This document shows, piece by piece, positions 39,580 to 49,807 of a stretch of DNA of 64,000 nt (the stretch's first letter is position 1; every line of letters starts with the position of its first letter). The translations under genes were made by a program, and so were the position numbers. The notes below the pieces were generated by a model that did not search any database, had not been told where the DNA came from, and was given only the letters and a program-made list of their open reading frames with translations. Origin of the DNA: Terriglobia bacterium (lineage in GTDB: Bacteria > Acidobacteriota > Terriglobia > Bryobacterales > Bryobacteraceae). Location: contig CAWJHI010000041.1 of assembly GCA_963842485.1 (NCBI GenBank), positions 1,536 to 65,535 of the forward strand, read 5' to 3'.

Positions 39580-40247
39580 ACCGGCATTTGCTGATCTTTG
39601 ACCTGGACGGGACCCTGATCGATTCCAAGCGCGACCTGGTGGATTCCGTCAATGCGACCCGAGTCTGGAACGGCCGTGATCCGCTGCCCGATGACGTGGT
39701 TGCCTCTTACGTCGGAAGCGGCGCTCCGGTCTTGATCCGCCGGGCGTTTCCGGACGCGAATGAATCCGACTTGGATCGGCTGCTCCGGTATTTCCTCGAT
39801 TACTACCGCGAGCATATGCTCGACGCGACCACGCTCTACCCCGGCGTCGGCGAGGCGTTGGACCGGTTGCATTCCGCAAATGTTCCCATGGCGGTGCTCA
39901 CCAACAAACCGGTCCGCTTCAGCATCCGTTTGATCGAAGGGCTCGGATTGGAGATGCATTTCTTCCGTGTGTACGGCGGCAACAGTTTCGAGGAGAAAAA
40001 GCCGCATCCCGTGGGAATCAACCTGCTGGTGGAAGAATCCGGCGCGGATCGCGCACGGACGGTGATGGTCGGCGACAGCGCGGTGGACGTCCGCACGGCG
40101 CGCAACGCCGGGGTCTGGGCGTGCGGCGTGAAGTGGGGATTTCAGCCGGAGACCTTCTCGTCAGAGCCGCCGGATTTCGTCATCGACGACATGCGTGCGT
40201 TGGCCGAGATGGTGCTTGCGAATCAATTCGATAGAAGCAACAGCTAA
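39576..40247 (+). CDS. HAD-superfamily phosphatase, phosphoglycolate phosphatase-like
   Basis: A TTG start overlaps the cvpA stop. Motifs: LLIFDLDGTLIDS, AVLTNKP, KKPHP, MVGDSAVDVRTARNAG. Confidence 0.7.
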   Translation: MNRHLLIFDLDGTLIDSKRDLVDSVNATRVWNGRDPLPDDVVASYVGSGAPVLIRRAFPDANESDLDRLLRYFLDYYREHMLDATTLYPGVGEALDRLHSANVPMAVLTNKPVRFSIRLIEGLGLEMHFFRVYGGNSFEEKKPHPVGINLLVEESGADRARTVMVGDSAVDVRTARNAGVWACGVKWGFQPETFSSEPPDFVIDDMRALAEMVLANQFDRSNS

Positions 40248-40304
40248 ACCAATGGTTGGATTGCTAATGTTCCGTGCAAATCCCGCCGTTATATATAGAT
40301 AGGA

Positions 40305-40757
40305 ATGCATTTCCCCCGCGAGCGCGGATTCGTCCTGATCGCCATGTCGATCTCCATGCTGCTTCTGCTGGCCGTGATCGGACTGGCCTTCGACCTGGGG
40401 CGCATCTACATCGCGCGTAATGAAGCACAGGTCTTCACCGATGCCGCATCTCTGGCGGCAGCGGCAAAGCTGGACGGGACCGCCGCCGGGATCGAACGCG
40501 CGCGGAAGGAAGCGGCTCGTATTCCCATGCGATGGAATCTGGGAACCAGGGAGTTCACCGGCATCGTGGTCGAGTTCAGCAAAGATGGCTCGCTTTGGGA
40601 ACAAAACCCGAAAGACACCGGGGTGAACATGGCGCGGGTTACGGAGCCGGAGAACAGCATAGAAATCACGTTTCTGCGCGCGGTCGGTGGACCGGCGTCG
40701 TTTACGGTGCCGGCGCGCTCGATTGCCGCCGCGAATCCGCCGAGGTGGATCCAATGA
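40305..40757 (+). CDS. TadG-like (Tad N-terminal domain) pseudopilin-type protein
   Basis: 150 aa. ERGFVLIAMSISMLLLLAVIGLAFDLGRIYIARNEAQVFTDAASLAAA is typical of the TadE/G-like N-terminal domain. Confidence 0.65.
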   Translation: MHFPRERGFVLIAMSISMLLLLAVIGLAFDLGRIYIARNEAQVFTDAASLAAAAKLDGTAAGIERARKEAARIPMRWNLGTREFTGIVVEFSKDGSLWEQNPKDTGVNMARVTEPENSIEITFLRAVGGPASFTVPARSIAAANPPRWIQ

Positions 40758-41218
40758 AGCGCGAGCGCCGAATTAAACACGAGCATGGACACGCCATGCT
40801 GGAGCTGGCCGCGTCGGCAGCAGTGATGATCGCGTTCGTCTCCGGAACGTTCCAGTTCGGGTATGGCTTTTACGTCTACAACCAGCTTCTGACCGCGGTG
40901 GGCAATGGGGGCCGGTACGCGGCGATGCGAACCTATCGCGCGCAGGAGGTCGAGAAAGGCAACCAGGCGATTCGCAACATGGTGGTTTACGGCGACGCAC
41001 AGCCGGCAGAAGGCGCTCAGCCTGCGGTGGCGAATCTTACGCCCAATCAAGTCGACGTGCAGTGGATCATGAACGAATCCGGCGCACCAGCGTATGTCCG
41101 CATTTCGATCCGGGAATTCACCGTGAACGCGGTCTTCAAGTCATTCACTTTAAACGGAAAACCGTCCGTGGAGTTTCCAAGCGTCGGCCGGCTCGCGTTA
41201 TCGGAGCATAAGCCATGA
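40754..41218 (+). CDS. TadE-like protein
   Basis: Its ATG overlaps the previous stop (ATGA). Motif: GHAMLELAASAAVMIAFVSGTFQFGYGFYVYNQLLTAVGNGGRYAA. Confidence 0.6.
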   Translation: MKRERRIKHEHGHAMLELAASAAVMIAFVSGTFQFGYGFYVYNQLLTAVGNGGRYAAMRTYRAQEVEKGNQAIRNMVVYGDAQPAEGAQPAVANLTPNQVDVQWIMNESGAPAYVRISIREFTVNAVFKSFTLNGKPSVEFPSVGRLALSEHKP

Positions 41219-41634
41219 GACGCGGCCAGAGCTTAGTTGAAGCGACGCTGGTGCTAATGGTGTTCTTCGCGTTGCTGCTCGGCGTGGTGGATTGCGGTCA
41301 GGTCATGTTCGCTCACCAGGCGCTGGTGGAGCGCGTGCGCGAATCGGTTCGGTGGGGGACCCTGCATCCTTTCGATGGCACGGGCGATCAGATTGCAAAC
41401 CTGATCCTGTACGATCGAACCGACGGAGCGTCAAACCAGGGGTTTCTGGGATTGACCCGCGCGAATGTGCAGGTACGCTACAGGCCTTCGACCGCGGAGC
41501 GGCCCGACGATGAAACGCTCAGCGTGGCCATCGTAGACTACCAGTCGCATTTCTTCTCGCCGTGGATCGCGAAGACCGTGATTAGTCCCCGGCCGGTTCT
41601 GATCAGCGCGCCAATGGCATACCGCAAGCAGTAA
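41215..41634 (+). CDS. TadE-like protein
   Basis: Its ATG overlaps the previous stop. Motif: RRGQSLVEATLVLMVFFALLLGVVDCGQVMFAHQAL. Confidence 0.65.
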   Translation: MRRGQSLVEATLVLMVFFALLLGVVDCGQVMFAHQALVERVRESVRWGTLHPFDGTGDQIANLILYDRTDGASNQGFLGLTRANVQVRYRPSTAERPDDETLSVAIVDYQSHFFSPWIAKTVISPRPVLISAPMAYRKQ

Positions 41635-41649
41635 CGGTATCCTAAATTC

Positions 41650-42885
41650 TTGGCGACCATAAACCCGTTCCAACCGTTCCGGTATTCGGCGAAGGCCGGC
41701 GACCCGTCCCGCCTGGTGACGCAGCCCTACGACAAGATCAGTCCCCAGATGCAGGAGCGTTACCTCGCGGCGAGCCCATACAATCTGGTGCGGGTACTCC
41801 TCGGCGAGCGGCGCGGGTCTGACACCGACTCCGACAACGTTTACACCCGTGCGGCGCGGTATCTGGACGATTGGATTCGCGACGGCATCCTCGCGCAAGA
41901 CCCGTCGCCCGGACTTTACGCGTATTTCCAGGATTTCGAGGTGCCCGATTCCGGCCAACGCCTGACGCGCAAAGGATTCATCGGAATCGGGAGAATTGAG
42001 GATTATGCGGCGGGCGTGGTGTATCGGCACGAACAGACGCTGACCGGCCCTAAGAAGGACCGGCTGGAGCTTCTGCGCCACACGCGCGCTCACTTCGGGC
42101 AGATTTTCATGCTGTATCCCGATCACGAGGGCGCCGTGGACAAGATTCTGGAAGAGGGCTCCGCCGGCGCGCCCGTTATGGACGTTCTGGATGATTACGA
42201 CGCCCGTCATCGCTTGTGGCCGATCACGGACGCATCCCGCATCGGGCGGATTCAGGAGCTGATGAGCTCAAAGAAGCTGCTGATCGCGGATGGGCATCAT
42301 CGCTACGAAACCGCGCTGGCGTATCGCAACCAGCATCCCGGCGATCCGGCGCAGTTCGTGATGATGACCCTGGTCAACATGTATTCGCCTGGGCTTAAGA
42401 TTCTGGCGACGCATCGTGTCGTGCGGAATCTGGAGAACTTTAATGCCGTTCTGTTCTTCGAAAAGGCTGTGAAGGACGGGTGGTCCGTGGCGGCGTGTGC
42501 GTCGCTCGACGTGTTGAAGACGCGCATGGCCGGGAGCGATCCGAAGCGCGTGCAGATCGGCGTTGTCTCGCTCGGCGAGACCCGGTTGATGCAGCGCCCG
42601 CGCAAAGAGGGGCAACTGGACGTGCCGATCCTGCACCGGGACGTGCTCGATCGATTGCTTGGCATCGGAGAAGAAGCCGTCCGCGACGAAAAATATATCG
42701 AGTATGTTCGCGGCATCGACGCCGCGGCGGCCGAAGTTCAAGACGGCGCGCAGGTCGCGTTTCTGCTTGAGCCGACGCCGATCGAGGACATGGCGCGCAT
42801 CGCGTTTGCCGGTGGCGTCATGCCGCAGAAGTCCACGGATTTTTATCCGAAACTCCTCAGCGGCGTAGCGATTTACAAGCTATAA
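41650..42885 (+). CDS. DUF1015 domain protein
   Basis: 411 aa. INPFQPFRYS...QPYDKIS N-terminus, LLIADGHHRYETALAY, MPQKSTDFYPKLLSG. Confidence 0.75.
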   Translation: MATINPFQPFRYSAKAGDPSRLVTQPYDKISPQMQERYLAASPYNLVRVLLGERRGSDTDSDNVYTRAARYLDDWIRDGILAQDPSPGLYAYFQDFEVPDSGQRLTRKGFIGIGRIEDYAAGVVYRHEQTLTGPKKDRLELLRHTRAHFGQIFMLYPDHEGAVDKILEEGSAGAPVMDVLDDYDARHRLWPITDASRIGRIQELMSSKKLLIADGHHRYETALAYRNQHPGDPAQFVMMTLVNMYSPGLKILATHRVVRNLENFNAVLFFEKAVKDGWSVAACASLDVLKTRMAGSDPKRVQIGVVSLGETRLMQRPRKEGQLDVPILHRDVLDRLLGIGEEAVRDEKYIEYVRGIDAAAAEVQDGAQVAFLLEPTPIEDMARIAFAGGVMPQKSTDFYPKLLSGVAIYKL

Positions 42886-42889
42886 CCTT

Positions 42890-44032
42890 ATGGGTAAGTT
42901 AAAGGCCGCGGTCATCGGCACCGGATTCATGGGCAAGGTTCACACGGAGGCGATCCGCCGCTTGGGCAATGTCGAAGTCACGACGATCGTAGCGTCCAAC
43001 CAGGCCTCGGCGGACCGTTTCGCCGCAGCCCTTGCGATTCCAAACGCCCGCGCGGACTGGCACGCTGTGATGGAAGATCCGGACGTGGACGCGGTCCATA
43101 TCTGCACGCCCAACGAGTTGCACTATCCGATGGTTAAAGCGGCGCTCAATGCCGGCAAGCACGTGCTGTGCGAGAAGCCGCTGACCATGACTTCCGCGGA
43201 AGCGCGGGAGCTGGTGACGCTGGCCGACGCGAAGCACCTGGCCAACTGTACCAATCACAATCTGCGTTTTTATCCGGTGGTGCAGCAGATCCGCAGCATG
43301 ATCGCGGCGGGCGAACTCGGCGAAATCCTGATCGTCAATGGAACTTATTTTCAAGACTGGCTGCTCTACGATACCGACTGGAGCTGGCGCACTTTGGCGG
43401 AATCCGGAGGAGAGCTGCGCGCGATGGGCGACATCGGCTCACATTGGATGGATATGATCCAACACCTGACCGGGTTGCGGATCACCGCGCTGTGCGCCGA
43501 CTTGCAGACCTTCCACAAAACGCGGAAGCGGCCGACGGGATCTGTCGAAACGTTTACGGGAAAGAAGTCGCAGGCTGCGGATTATGACCCGGTGGCGATG
43601 ACGACCGACGATTTTGGCGCCGTTTTGTTGCGCCTGGGCGATCGCGCCCGCGGATCGTTCGCGGTGAGCCAGATGTCGGCGGGGCGCAAGAATCGCTTCG
43701 CATTCGAGATCTACGGTACGAAATGCGGCGTCGCCTGGAACCAGGAGCGGCCCGACGAATTGTGGATCGGACACCGAAACACGCCGAATCAGATCATCGT
43801 GAAAGATCCGTCCCTGCTCCACGCGCACGCTGCCGGGTTCGCCGACCTGCCGGGCGGCCACAGCGAAGGATACGACGACACGTTCAAGCAGATGTTCCGG
43901 CGCTTCTACGCGCGCGTGGCGGACGCATCGGCCGCGGTCGAGTATCCGACCTTCGCGGACGGCGCCTGGGGAATGGAACTGCTCGAAAAGTCGCTGGAAA
44001 GCTCGCGATCGCGGGCGTGGGTTAGTGTTTAG
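42890..44032 (+). CDS. Gfo/Idh/MocA-family oxidoreductase
   Basis: 380 aa. Motifs: KAAVIGTGFMGKVHTEA, VLCEKPL, and a C-terminal alpha/beta domain. Confidence 0.8.
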   Translation: MGKLKAAVIGTGFMGKVHTEAIRRLGNVEVTTIVASNQASADRFAAALAIPNARADWHAVMEDPDVDAVHICTPNELHYPMVKAALNAGKHVLCEKPLTMTSAEARELVTLADAKHLANCTNHNLRFYPVVQQIRSMIAAGELGEILIVNGTYFQDWLLYDTDWSWRTLAESGGELRAMGDIGSHWMDMIQHLTGLRITALCADLQTFHKTRKRPTGSVETFTGKKSQAADYDPVAMTTDDFGAVLLRLGDRARGSFAVSQMSAGRKNRFAFEIYGTKCGVAWNQERPDELWIGHRNTPNQIIVKDPSLLHAHAAGFADLPGGHSEGYDDTFKQMFRRFYARVADASAAVEYPTFADGAWGMELLEKSLESSRSRAWVSV

Positions 44033-44827
44033 GCCGCCAGCGGAGGAGTTACTCTGGCGGATGGCACGGTATTTCGCGCTAACAGCAACGCGCCCGCCGC
44101 GGCCACCCCGATCGAGATCCACTGCGTCAACGAAAGCCCCCACCAGAGGCCTTGTTCGTGGAAGCGCGTAAATTCGATGAGGAATCGGGCGATCGAGCTC
44201 AGAACCAGGTATAGTCCCATCACTTTTCCCGGCGCGTGCGGCCGGCCGAAGCGCCAATACAGGAACGCGAACAGGGCGGTTTCCGTGAACACTTCGTAGA
44301 GCTGCGATGGATGCAGCTTCACGTCGAGCGGCACTCCCGTCAGCTCCGCCGCATCCGGATTGTGGAACGTGACGGCCCACGGCAGCGAGCATTCGGTGCC
44401 CCAGCAGCACCCCGCGGCGAAACAGCCGATGCGGCCGATGGCGTGTCCGATGGCGACGCCCGGCGCGAATGCGTCGAGCGTTCGCAGCCGGGGAAGCCCC
44501 GTGTGCCGTACATAATAGTAGGCCGTGACGAAGGCCAGCACCAGCCCGCCCTGAAAAACGCCCGCGGCCTGCAACGTCGAGAGCGAGAAATATCTGACGC
44601 GGATCCGCGAGGAACACGCGCCAGCCGAAGACAATCATCAGGATCTTCGCGCCCAGCAGCCCGGCCAGCGCGCAATACACTGCCAGGTTGGTTACCAGTT
44701 CCGCGTCCAGACCGCTGCGCCGGGCAAGACGCGCCGTAATCGTAAGCCCGGCAAGGAAGCCAAGCGCAACCAGGACGCCGTAGGTCGGCAGGTAGAAACT
44801 TCCGAAATGGAATAGCTTGGGGAGCAA
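44029..44827 (-). CDS. lgt: prolipoprotein diacylglyceryl transferase; one frame break near 44620
   Basis: N-terminus FHFGSFYLPTYGVLVALGFLAG (ORF 43439-44827). The rest is in ORF 44029-44634: GHAIGRIGCFAAGCCWG, HPSQLYE. Confidence 0.8.
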
Positions 44828-45011
44828 CCTACTTTGAGCATATCAAACGCAAACGCGGCGTGACTTTTTCCGGACAACAATTTGCGAATTCTTTGCTCGG
44901 CGGGCGCGCAGCAGGCGGCACACGCATCCCTTCACACTCGCCCAGCCGTAATTCGGCAGCGTCTTTACTGCGATACAGTAGATAGGCTAGCCGCAATCCT
45001 TAGGAGGGACC

Positions 45012-45794
45012 ATGGACAGCTTTTCGCCGGTGTTGATCCTTGTGATCATCGTCGTGCTGTATCTCATTTCCAGTATCAAAATCCTCGCCGAGTACGAACG
45101 CGGCGTCATCTTTCGGCTCGGCCGCGTGCTCGGCTCGCCGAAGGGCCCGGGTGTCATCCTGGTGTTCCGGCCGATCGACCGCATGGTGCGCACCTCGCTC
45201 CGCGTCGAAGCCATGGAAGTGCCTCCGCAGGACGTAGTCACGCGCGACAACGTCACGGTAAAGGTCAACGCGGTCATTTATTTCCGTATCGTCGACCCCT
45301 CCAAGGCTGTGATCGAAGTGACAAATTATCTCTACGCAACCTCGCAACTTGCGCAAACCACGCTACGCAGCGTGCTGGGCGAGGTCGAGCTCGACGAACT
45401 GCTCAGCCAGCGCGAAAAACTCAACTTGAAGCTCCAGACCGCGCTCGACCAGCACACCGGCCCCTGGGGTGTGAAGGTCGCCCTGGTCGAGGTGAAGCAA
45501 GTCGATTTTCCGGACCAGATGATTCGTGCCATCGCGCGCCAAGCCGAGGCCGAGCGGGAGCGCCGCGCTAAAATCATTCACGCCGAAGGTGAAGTGGCCG
45601 CCGCCGCGAACCTGGAGAAGGCCGCCGAAATCATGGCACGCCAGCCCGCGGCCATTCAGCTCCGCTATCTGCAAACGCTGGTCGAAATCGGTTCAGAAAA
45701 GAACACTACCGTCGTCTTCCCTCTTCCGATGGATATACTGACTTCAGTAGGCCAAGTTTTGAAGAAACTCGCCGGTCCGGAGCCCGGCGCATAG
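45012..45794 (+). CDS. SPFH/band-7 (stomatin-like) protein
   Basis: AGGAGG precedes the ATG. Motifs: [56 protein letters not shown]. Confidence 0.85.
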   Translation: MDSFSPVLILVIIVVLYLISSIKILAEYERGVIFRLGRVLGSPKGPGVILVFRPIDRMVRTSLRVEAMEVPPQDVVTRDNVTVKVNAVIYFRIVDPSKAVIEVTNYLYATSQLAQTTLRSVLGEVELDELLSQREKLNLKLQTALDQHTGPWGVKVALVEVKQVDFPDQMIRAIARQAEAERERRAKIIHAEGEVAAAANLEKAAEIMARQPAAIQLRYLQTLVEIGSEKNTTVVFPLPMDILTSVGQVLKKLAGPEPGA

Positions 45795-45800
45795 CTGCCC

Positions 45801-46424
45801 ATGCCCAAAAACGAAGACGGCGAATTTGAACTGATTCTGGGGAACCGCCAGCTATTGAGCGTGTTCTTCATCGTCGTGGTGTTGCTCGGCGTATTTTTCA
45901 CGATGGGTTACATCGTGGGCCGCAACTCGGGTCCGCTGGCGTCGGCGGAGGTGGTGGCTTCGCACAAGGAGACCAAGCCGTTGGTGGTCGACTCGCCTGC
46001 GCCGCGCGAGTCGCCAACGGCCACGCCCGCCGCCGGACCTCCCACGGAAACGGCGCCGCAACAGCCTACGCCGGAGCCGCCTGCCAAGCCTGCGGAGCCA
46101 GCTAAGGCCGAACCTCCTCCGAAGCACGAACCGAAAGCGGAGCGCCCGAAGCAGACACCCGTGCCGGCGCCAGTCGCCCGCGATCAGCCCACGTCCGGGC
46201 AAATGTATTTACAACTCGCCGCGACCAGCCAGCGCGAGGCCGAAATCGAAGTCGACGTTTTGCGCAAGAAGGGATTCAAAGCGATCACCGCCGAGATTCC
46301 CGAGAAACGCGGCACTTTTAGAGTTCTGGTGGGACCGTTACCCGAGGGCGCCGCAAACAAGACCAAGGCCGACCTGACCGCAGCGGGTTTCCCCGGCGAC
46401 AAGGCCATCAGGCGAACGTTTTGA
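45801..46424 (+). CDS. SPOR-domain membrane protein
   Basis: An N-terminal TM segment, a Pro/Ala/Glu-rich linker, and a C-terminal SPOR-like domain: YLQLAATSQREAEIEVDVLRKKGFKA...FRVLVGPL. Confidence 0.65.
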   Translation: MPKNEDGEFELILGNRQLLSVFFIVVVLLGVFFTMGYIVGRNSGPLASAEVVASHKETKPLVVDSPAPRESPTATPAAGPPTETAPQQPTPEPPAKPAEPAKAEPPPKHEPKAERPKQTPVPAPVARDQPTSGQMYLQLAATSQREAEIEVDVLRKKGFKAITAEIPEKRGTFRVLVGPLPEGAANKTKADLTAAGFPGDKAIRRTF

Positions 46425-47315
46425 CGGAGCTGGTTCATATCGAATTACCCCAGCCGCGTCTGCCCGAGTGGCTGCGCAAGCATCGCACGCACTTCGAGTC
46501 CGTTCACAACCTGAAAGCTGAACTGCGCAGTCTGAATCTGCACACGGTTTGTGAATCCGCCCGCTGCCCGAACATGCATGAATGTTTCGAGCGCCGCGCC
46601 GCGACGTTCATGATCCTCGGCAATCTGTGCACTCGCGGCTGCGGCTTTTGTTCGGTGCCGAAGGCCCGCCGTCCCGGCGCGCTCGATCCGGCTGAGCCCG
46701 CAAACATCGCCAGGATGGCCGCTGAGATGCACCTTCGCTACGTGGTGATCACCAGCGTCAATCGCGACGACCTGCCCGACGGCGGGTCTCGCCACTTTGC
46801 AGAAACGGTGGGCGAAGTGCGCCGCGCGCTACCCGAGGCTCGCGTGGAGGTTCTCACGCCCGATTTCTGTGGCGACGTTGAAGCCGTCGCGCGCGTGCTC
46901 GACGCCGGCCCGCACGTGTTCAATCACAATATGGAGACGGTTCCACGCCTTTACAAACGGGTCCGCCCTCAAGCCGGCTACCGCCAGTCGCTCGCACGTC
47001 CTACGGTTCGCGAAAAAGCATCGTCCGAAGTTTCTGACGAAATCCGGCCTGATGGTGGGGCTCGGAGAAACCTCCGGCGAAGTCGAGGCGCTTCTGCGCG
47101 ACCTGCGCGGAGCCGGAGTCGACGTTGTGACTCTCGGCCAATATCTGCAACCCACGCGTCGCAATCTCAAGGTCGCGGAGTACGTCACGCCGGAGCGGTT
47201 CGACGCCTATCGCGACTTCGGCCTCTCGATCGGCTTTAAGATGGTGTTCAGCGGACCGCTGGTGCGCAGCTCCTATATGGCCGATCTGGTGAGCGAGCAG
47301 GCTTCTCCTTCGTGA
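46421..47315 (+). CDS. lipA: lipoyl synthase; one frame break near 46990
   Basis: Motifs: CESARCPNMHECF, CTRGCGFCSV, NHNMETVPRLY. After the shift: TKSGLMVGLGET, QYLQP, SGPLVRSSY. Confidence 0.85.
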
Positions 47316-48757
47316 CGCTCCCGGTTCTTTCGGCGGTCTTGCTCATCCTCATTTTTCCACGCTTCAACCTGACCTGGCTGGCTCCTGTTGCGTTGACCCC
47401 GCTTCTGATCGCGTGCGCGCGCCAAGGCTCCTGGAAACGACGCTTCCTTAGCGGATGGCTCGCGGGATTCGTATTCTGGTTCGGCGTCTGCTACTGGATC
47501 CAGTTCGTTCTGGAAGTTCACGGCGGAATGGGCCGATGGGGTGGCTGGGGGACTTTCACTCTATTCTCAGTGCTGAAGGGTCTTCACATGGCGATCTTTG
47601 CGGCGCTCGCTGGATTCCTGATGCCGAAACCGTGGGCCATTCCCGCCGTCGCTGCGCTCTGGAGCGGCATCGAACGCACGCACGGACCACTCGGCTTCAC
47701 GTGGCTCGAACTTGGCAACGCGGGCATCGACATGCCGGTTCCGATGCGGGTCGCTCCGTTTCTGGGTGTTTACGGCCTATCGTTTGTGTTTGCGATGCTC
47801 GGCTGCGCAGTGGCGCTGGTGGTCTTGAGACGACGCCGGGGTGAACTGGCGTGGCTGCTCGCGTTGCCACTGCTCATCCTGCTGCCCGCCGCGCCTGCGC
47901 CCGACAGAGGACCCGAACACGCGCTCCTGGTCCAGCCCAACATCGATACGGAAATGGATTGGACGCCGGGCTCTCTGGTCCGCACAGAGCGCGATCTATC
48001 GATTCTGTCGCATTCGCCCGGCACCCATCTGATTATCTGGCCCGAAGTTCCCGCTCCGTTCTACCCAAGCGACCCTTCTTTCCGCGAGTACGTATCCGGG
48101 ATCGCGCGCGTGGAGCGGTCTTATTTTTTGTTCGGCGGCGTTGGATACAATCCGGCGCAGGCGCCGCTTAACTCGGCCTTTCTCATCGGCCCTGCCGGCG
48201 CGCCGGTGGCGCGATACGACAAGATCAAACTGGTTCCATTCGGCGAGTTCGTGCCCGACGTATTCTGGTGGGTCAACCGGATCACCAAAGAAGCCGGCGA
48301 CTTCGTGCCCGGCAGCCGCATTGTCGAGTTCCCGGTCGGTGGTCACAAGATCGGAGCATTTATCTGTTACGAATCGGCTTTTCCAGATTTAGTTCGCGAA
48401 TTTGTCCGCGGCGGCGCCGAAGTGCTCGTCAATTTGTCCAACGACGGATATTTCGGCCACTCCGCCGCGCGCGAGCAGCATTTGTCGCTGGTCCGAATGC
48501 GAGCCGCTGAGAACCGCCGCTGGATTCTCCGCGCAACCAACGACGGCATCACCGCGACCATAGACCCGGCGGGCCGCAGTGTGTATCACGCCCCTCCCTA
48601 TCAGGAGCTCGCTAACGAAGTGACTTACCGTTATCTCTCAGGCGTCACGCCCTACACACGTTATGGCGATTGGTTCGCTTGGGTCTGCCTCGTGGGCGGT
48701 GTGCTTGCAGCTTTGCTTTCTATCCGTGCCGGATCACCAGCACATCGCCGTCCTTGA
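47312..48757 (+). CDS. lnt: apolipoprotein N-acyltransferase
   Basis: 481 aa. A multi-TM N-terminal half and a CN-hydrolase C-terminal half: LVQPNI, KIKLVPFGEFVP, ICYESAFPDLVR, NDGYFG. Confidence 0.85.
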   Translation: MTLPVLSAVLLILIFPRFNLTWLAPVALTPLLIACARQGSWKRRFLSGWLAGFVFWFGVCYWIQFVLEVHGGMGRWGGWGTFTLFSVLKGLHMAIFAALAGFLMPKPWAIPAVAALWSGIERTHGPLGFTWLELGNAGIDMPVPMRVAPFLGVYGLSFVFAMLGCAVALVVLRRRRGELAWLLALPLLILLPAAPAPDRGPEHALLVQPNIDTEMDWTPGSLVRTERDLSILSHSPGTHLIIWPEVPAPFYPSDPSFREYVSGIARVERSYFLFGGVGYNPAQAPLNSAFLIGPAGAPVARYDKIKLVPFGEFVPDVFWWVNRITKEAGDFVPGSRIVEFPVGGHKIGAFICYESAFPDLVREFVRGGAEVLVNLSNDGYFGHSAAREQHLSLVRMRAAENRRWILRATNDGITATIDPAGRSVYHAPPYQELANEVTYRYLSGVTPYTRYGDWFAWVCLVGGVLAALLSIRAGSPAHRRP

Positions 48758-49793
48758 CAATGTACTCCTTACCTTCCAACCGCAACAGGCCCTTCTCTTT
48801 GACTCCGTTGTATCCGTCGTGGTCGATCAGCGCTTTCCAGTTCACCACCTCGGCGCGAATGAACTTCTTCTCGAAATCGCTGTGGATCGCTCCGGCGGCT
48901 TTCTGCGCGGTGCTGTGCATGGGGATGGTCCAGGCGCGAACTTCGGTCTCGCCCGCCGTTAGAAACGACATCAGCCCCAGCAGCGCGTAGGTCGCCGCGA
49001 TCAGACGCTCCAGACCGGATTCCTTCAACCCGTAGCTCGCCAGATACTCGCGCGCTTCATCGGGGGACAGCTCGGCCAGCTCTGCTTCGATTTTTCCGCA
49101 GATCGCGGTCACCGCCGTGCCCGCGCGCCCGTGGAACGGACCGTTTCGATACTGCTCCTCGATCTCATGCAGTCGCCCGGCATCGGCCTCGCCCAGATTC
49201 AGCACGCACAGCATCGGTTTCTGCGACAGAAACTGGAAGCCGCGGATGCGCTTTTCGTCTTCGTCACTGAACTCGAGTCCCCGCAGCGCGCGATTCGCCT
49301 CCAGCTCGACCTTCAGCCGCTCCAGCAGCGCGAATTCCTTGTCGAACTCCGGATTCTTGATCTTCTTGCGATCCTTGTCGACCCGCTCCATGCGCTTCTC
49401 GACCACCACCAGGTCGCTGAGGATCAACTCCATCTCGACGTCCTCGAAATCGCGCATCGGATCGACAGAACCCTTCTCATGCGGAACCGTATCGCTTTCA
49501 AACACACGCAGGACGTGCGCCATGGCGTCGACCACGCGCAGACTCGCCAGGTAACTCGGATCGCGCAAAGCTTCCTTGGAAACGGCGGGGAAGTCAAGGT
49601 ACTCGACGGTGGCGTGCGTAATCTTCGGCGGCTGGAATATTTTCGCCAGCGCTTCAAGGCGAGCGTCCGGAACCTTGGTGACTCCGACGCGAGCCTCCAG
49701 CGTACCCACTCGCGCAGCTTCATGCACGCCGGTCAGGATCGTAAACAGACTTGTCTTGCCCACCATCGGCAGGCCCACGATTGCAGTTTTCAT
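48720..49793 (-). CDS. ychF: ribosome-binding ATPase YchF
   Basis: An internal ATG of ORF 48720-50021 gives MKTAIVGLPMVGKTSLF. The C-terminal YchF domain reads RAWTIPMHSTAQKAAGAIHSDFEKKFIRAEVV. Confidence 0.85.
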   Translation of the reverse strand: MKTAIVGLPMVGKTSLFTILTGVHEAARVGTLEARVGVTKVPDARLEALAKIFQPPKITHATVEYLDFPAVSKEALRDPSYLASLRVVDAMAHVLRVFESDTVPHEKGSVDPMRDFEDVEMELILSDLVVVEKRMERVDKDRKKIKNPEFDKEFALLERLKVELEANRALRGLEFSDEDEKRIRGFQFLSQKPMLCVLNLGEADAGRLHEIEEQYRNGPFHGRAGTAVTAICGKIEAELAELSPDEAREYLASYGLKESGLERLIAATYALLGLMSFLTAGETEVRAWTIPMHSTAQKAAGAIHSDFEKKFIRAEVVNWKALIDHDGYNGVKEKGLLRLEGKEYIVKDGDVLVIRHG

Positions 49794-49807
49794 TTGTGTT
49801 TTTGGAA

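Noticed and set aside
48720-48757. Convergent 3'-end overlaps as antisense regulation: lnt/ychF by 38 nt, and the barrel gene with the 31578 gene by about 50 nt.
   Set aside because: Given the indel density, the apparent stop positions of these C-termini are unreliable. The overlaps may vanish after correction.
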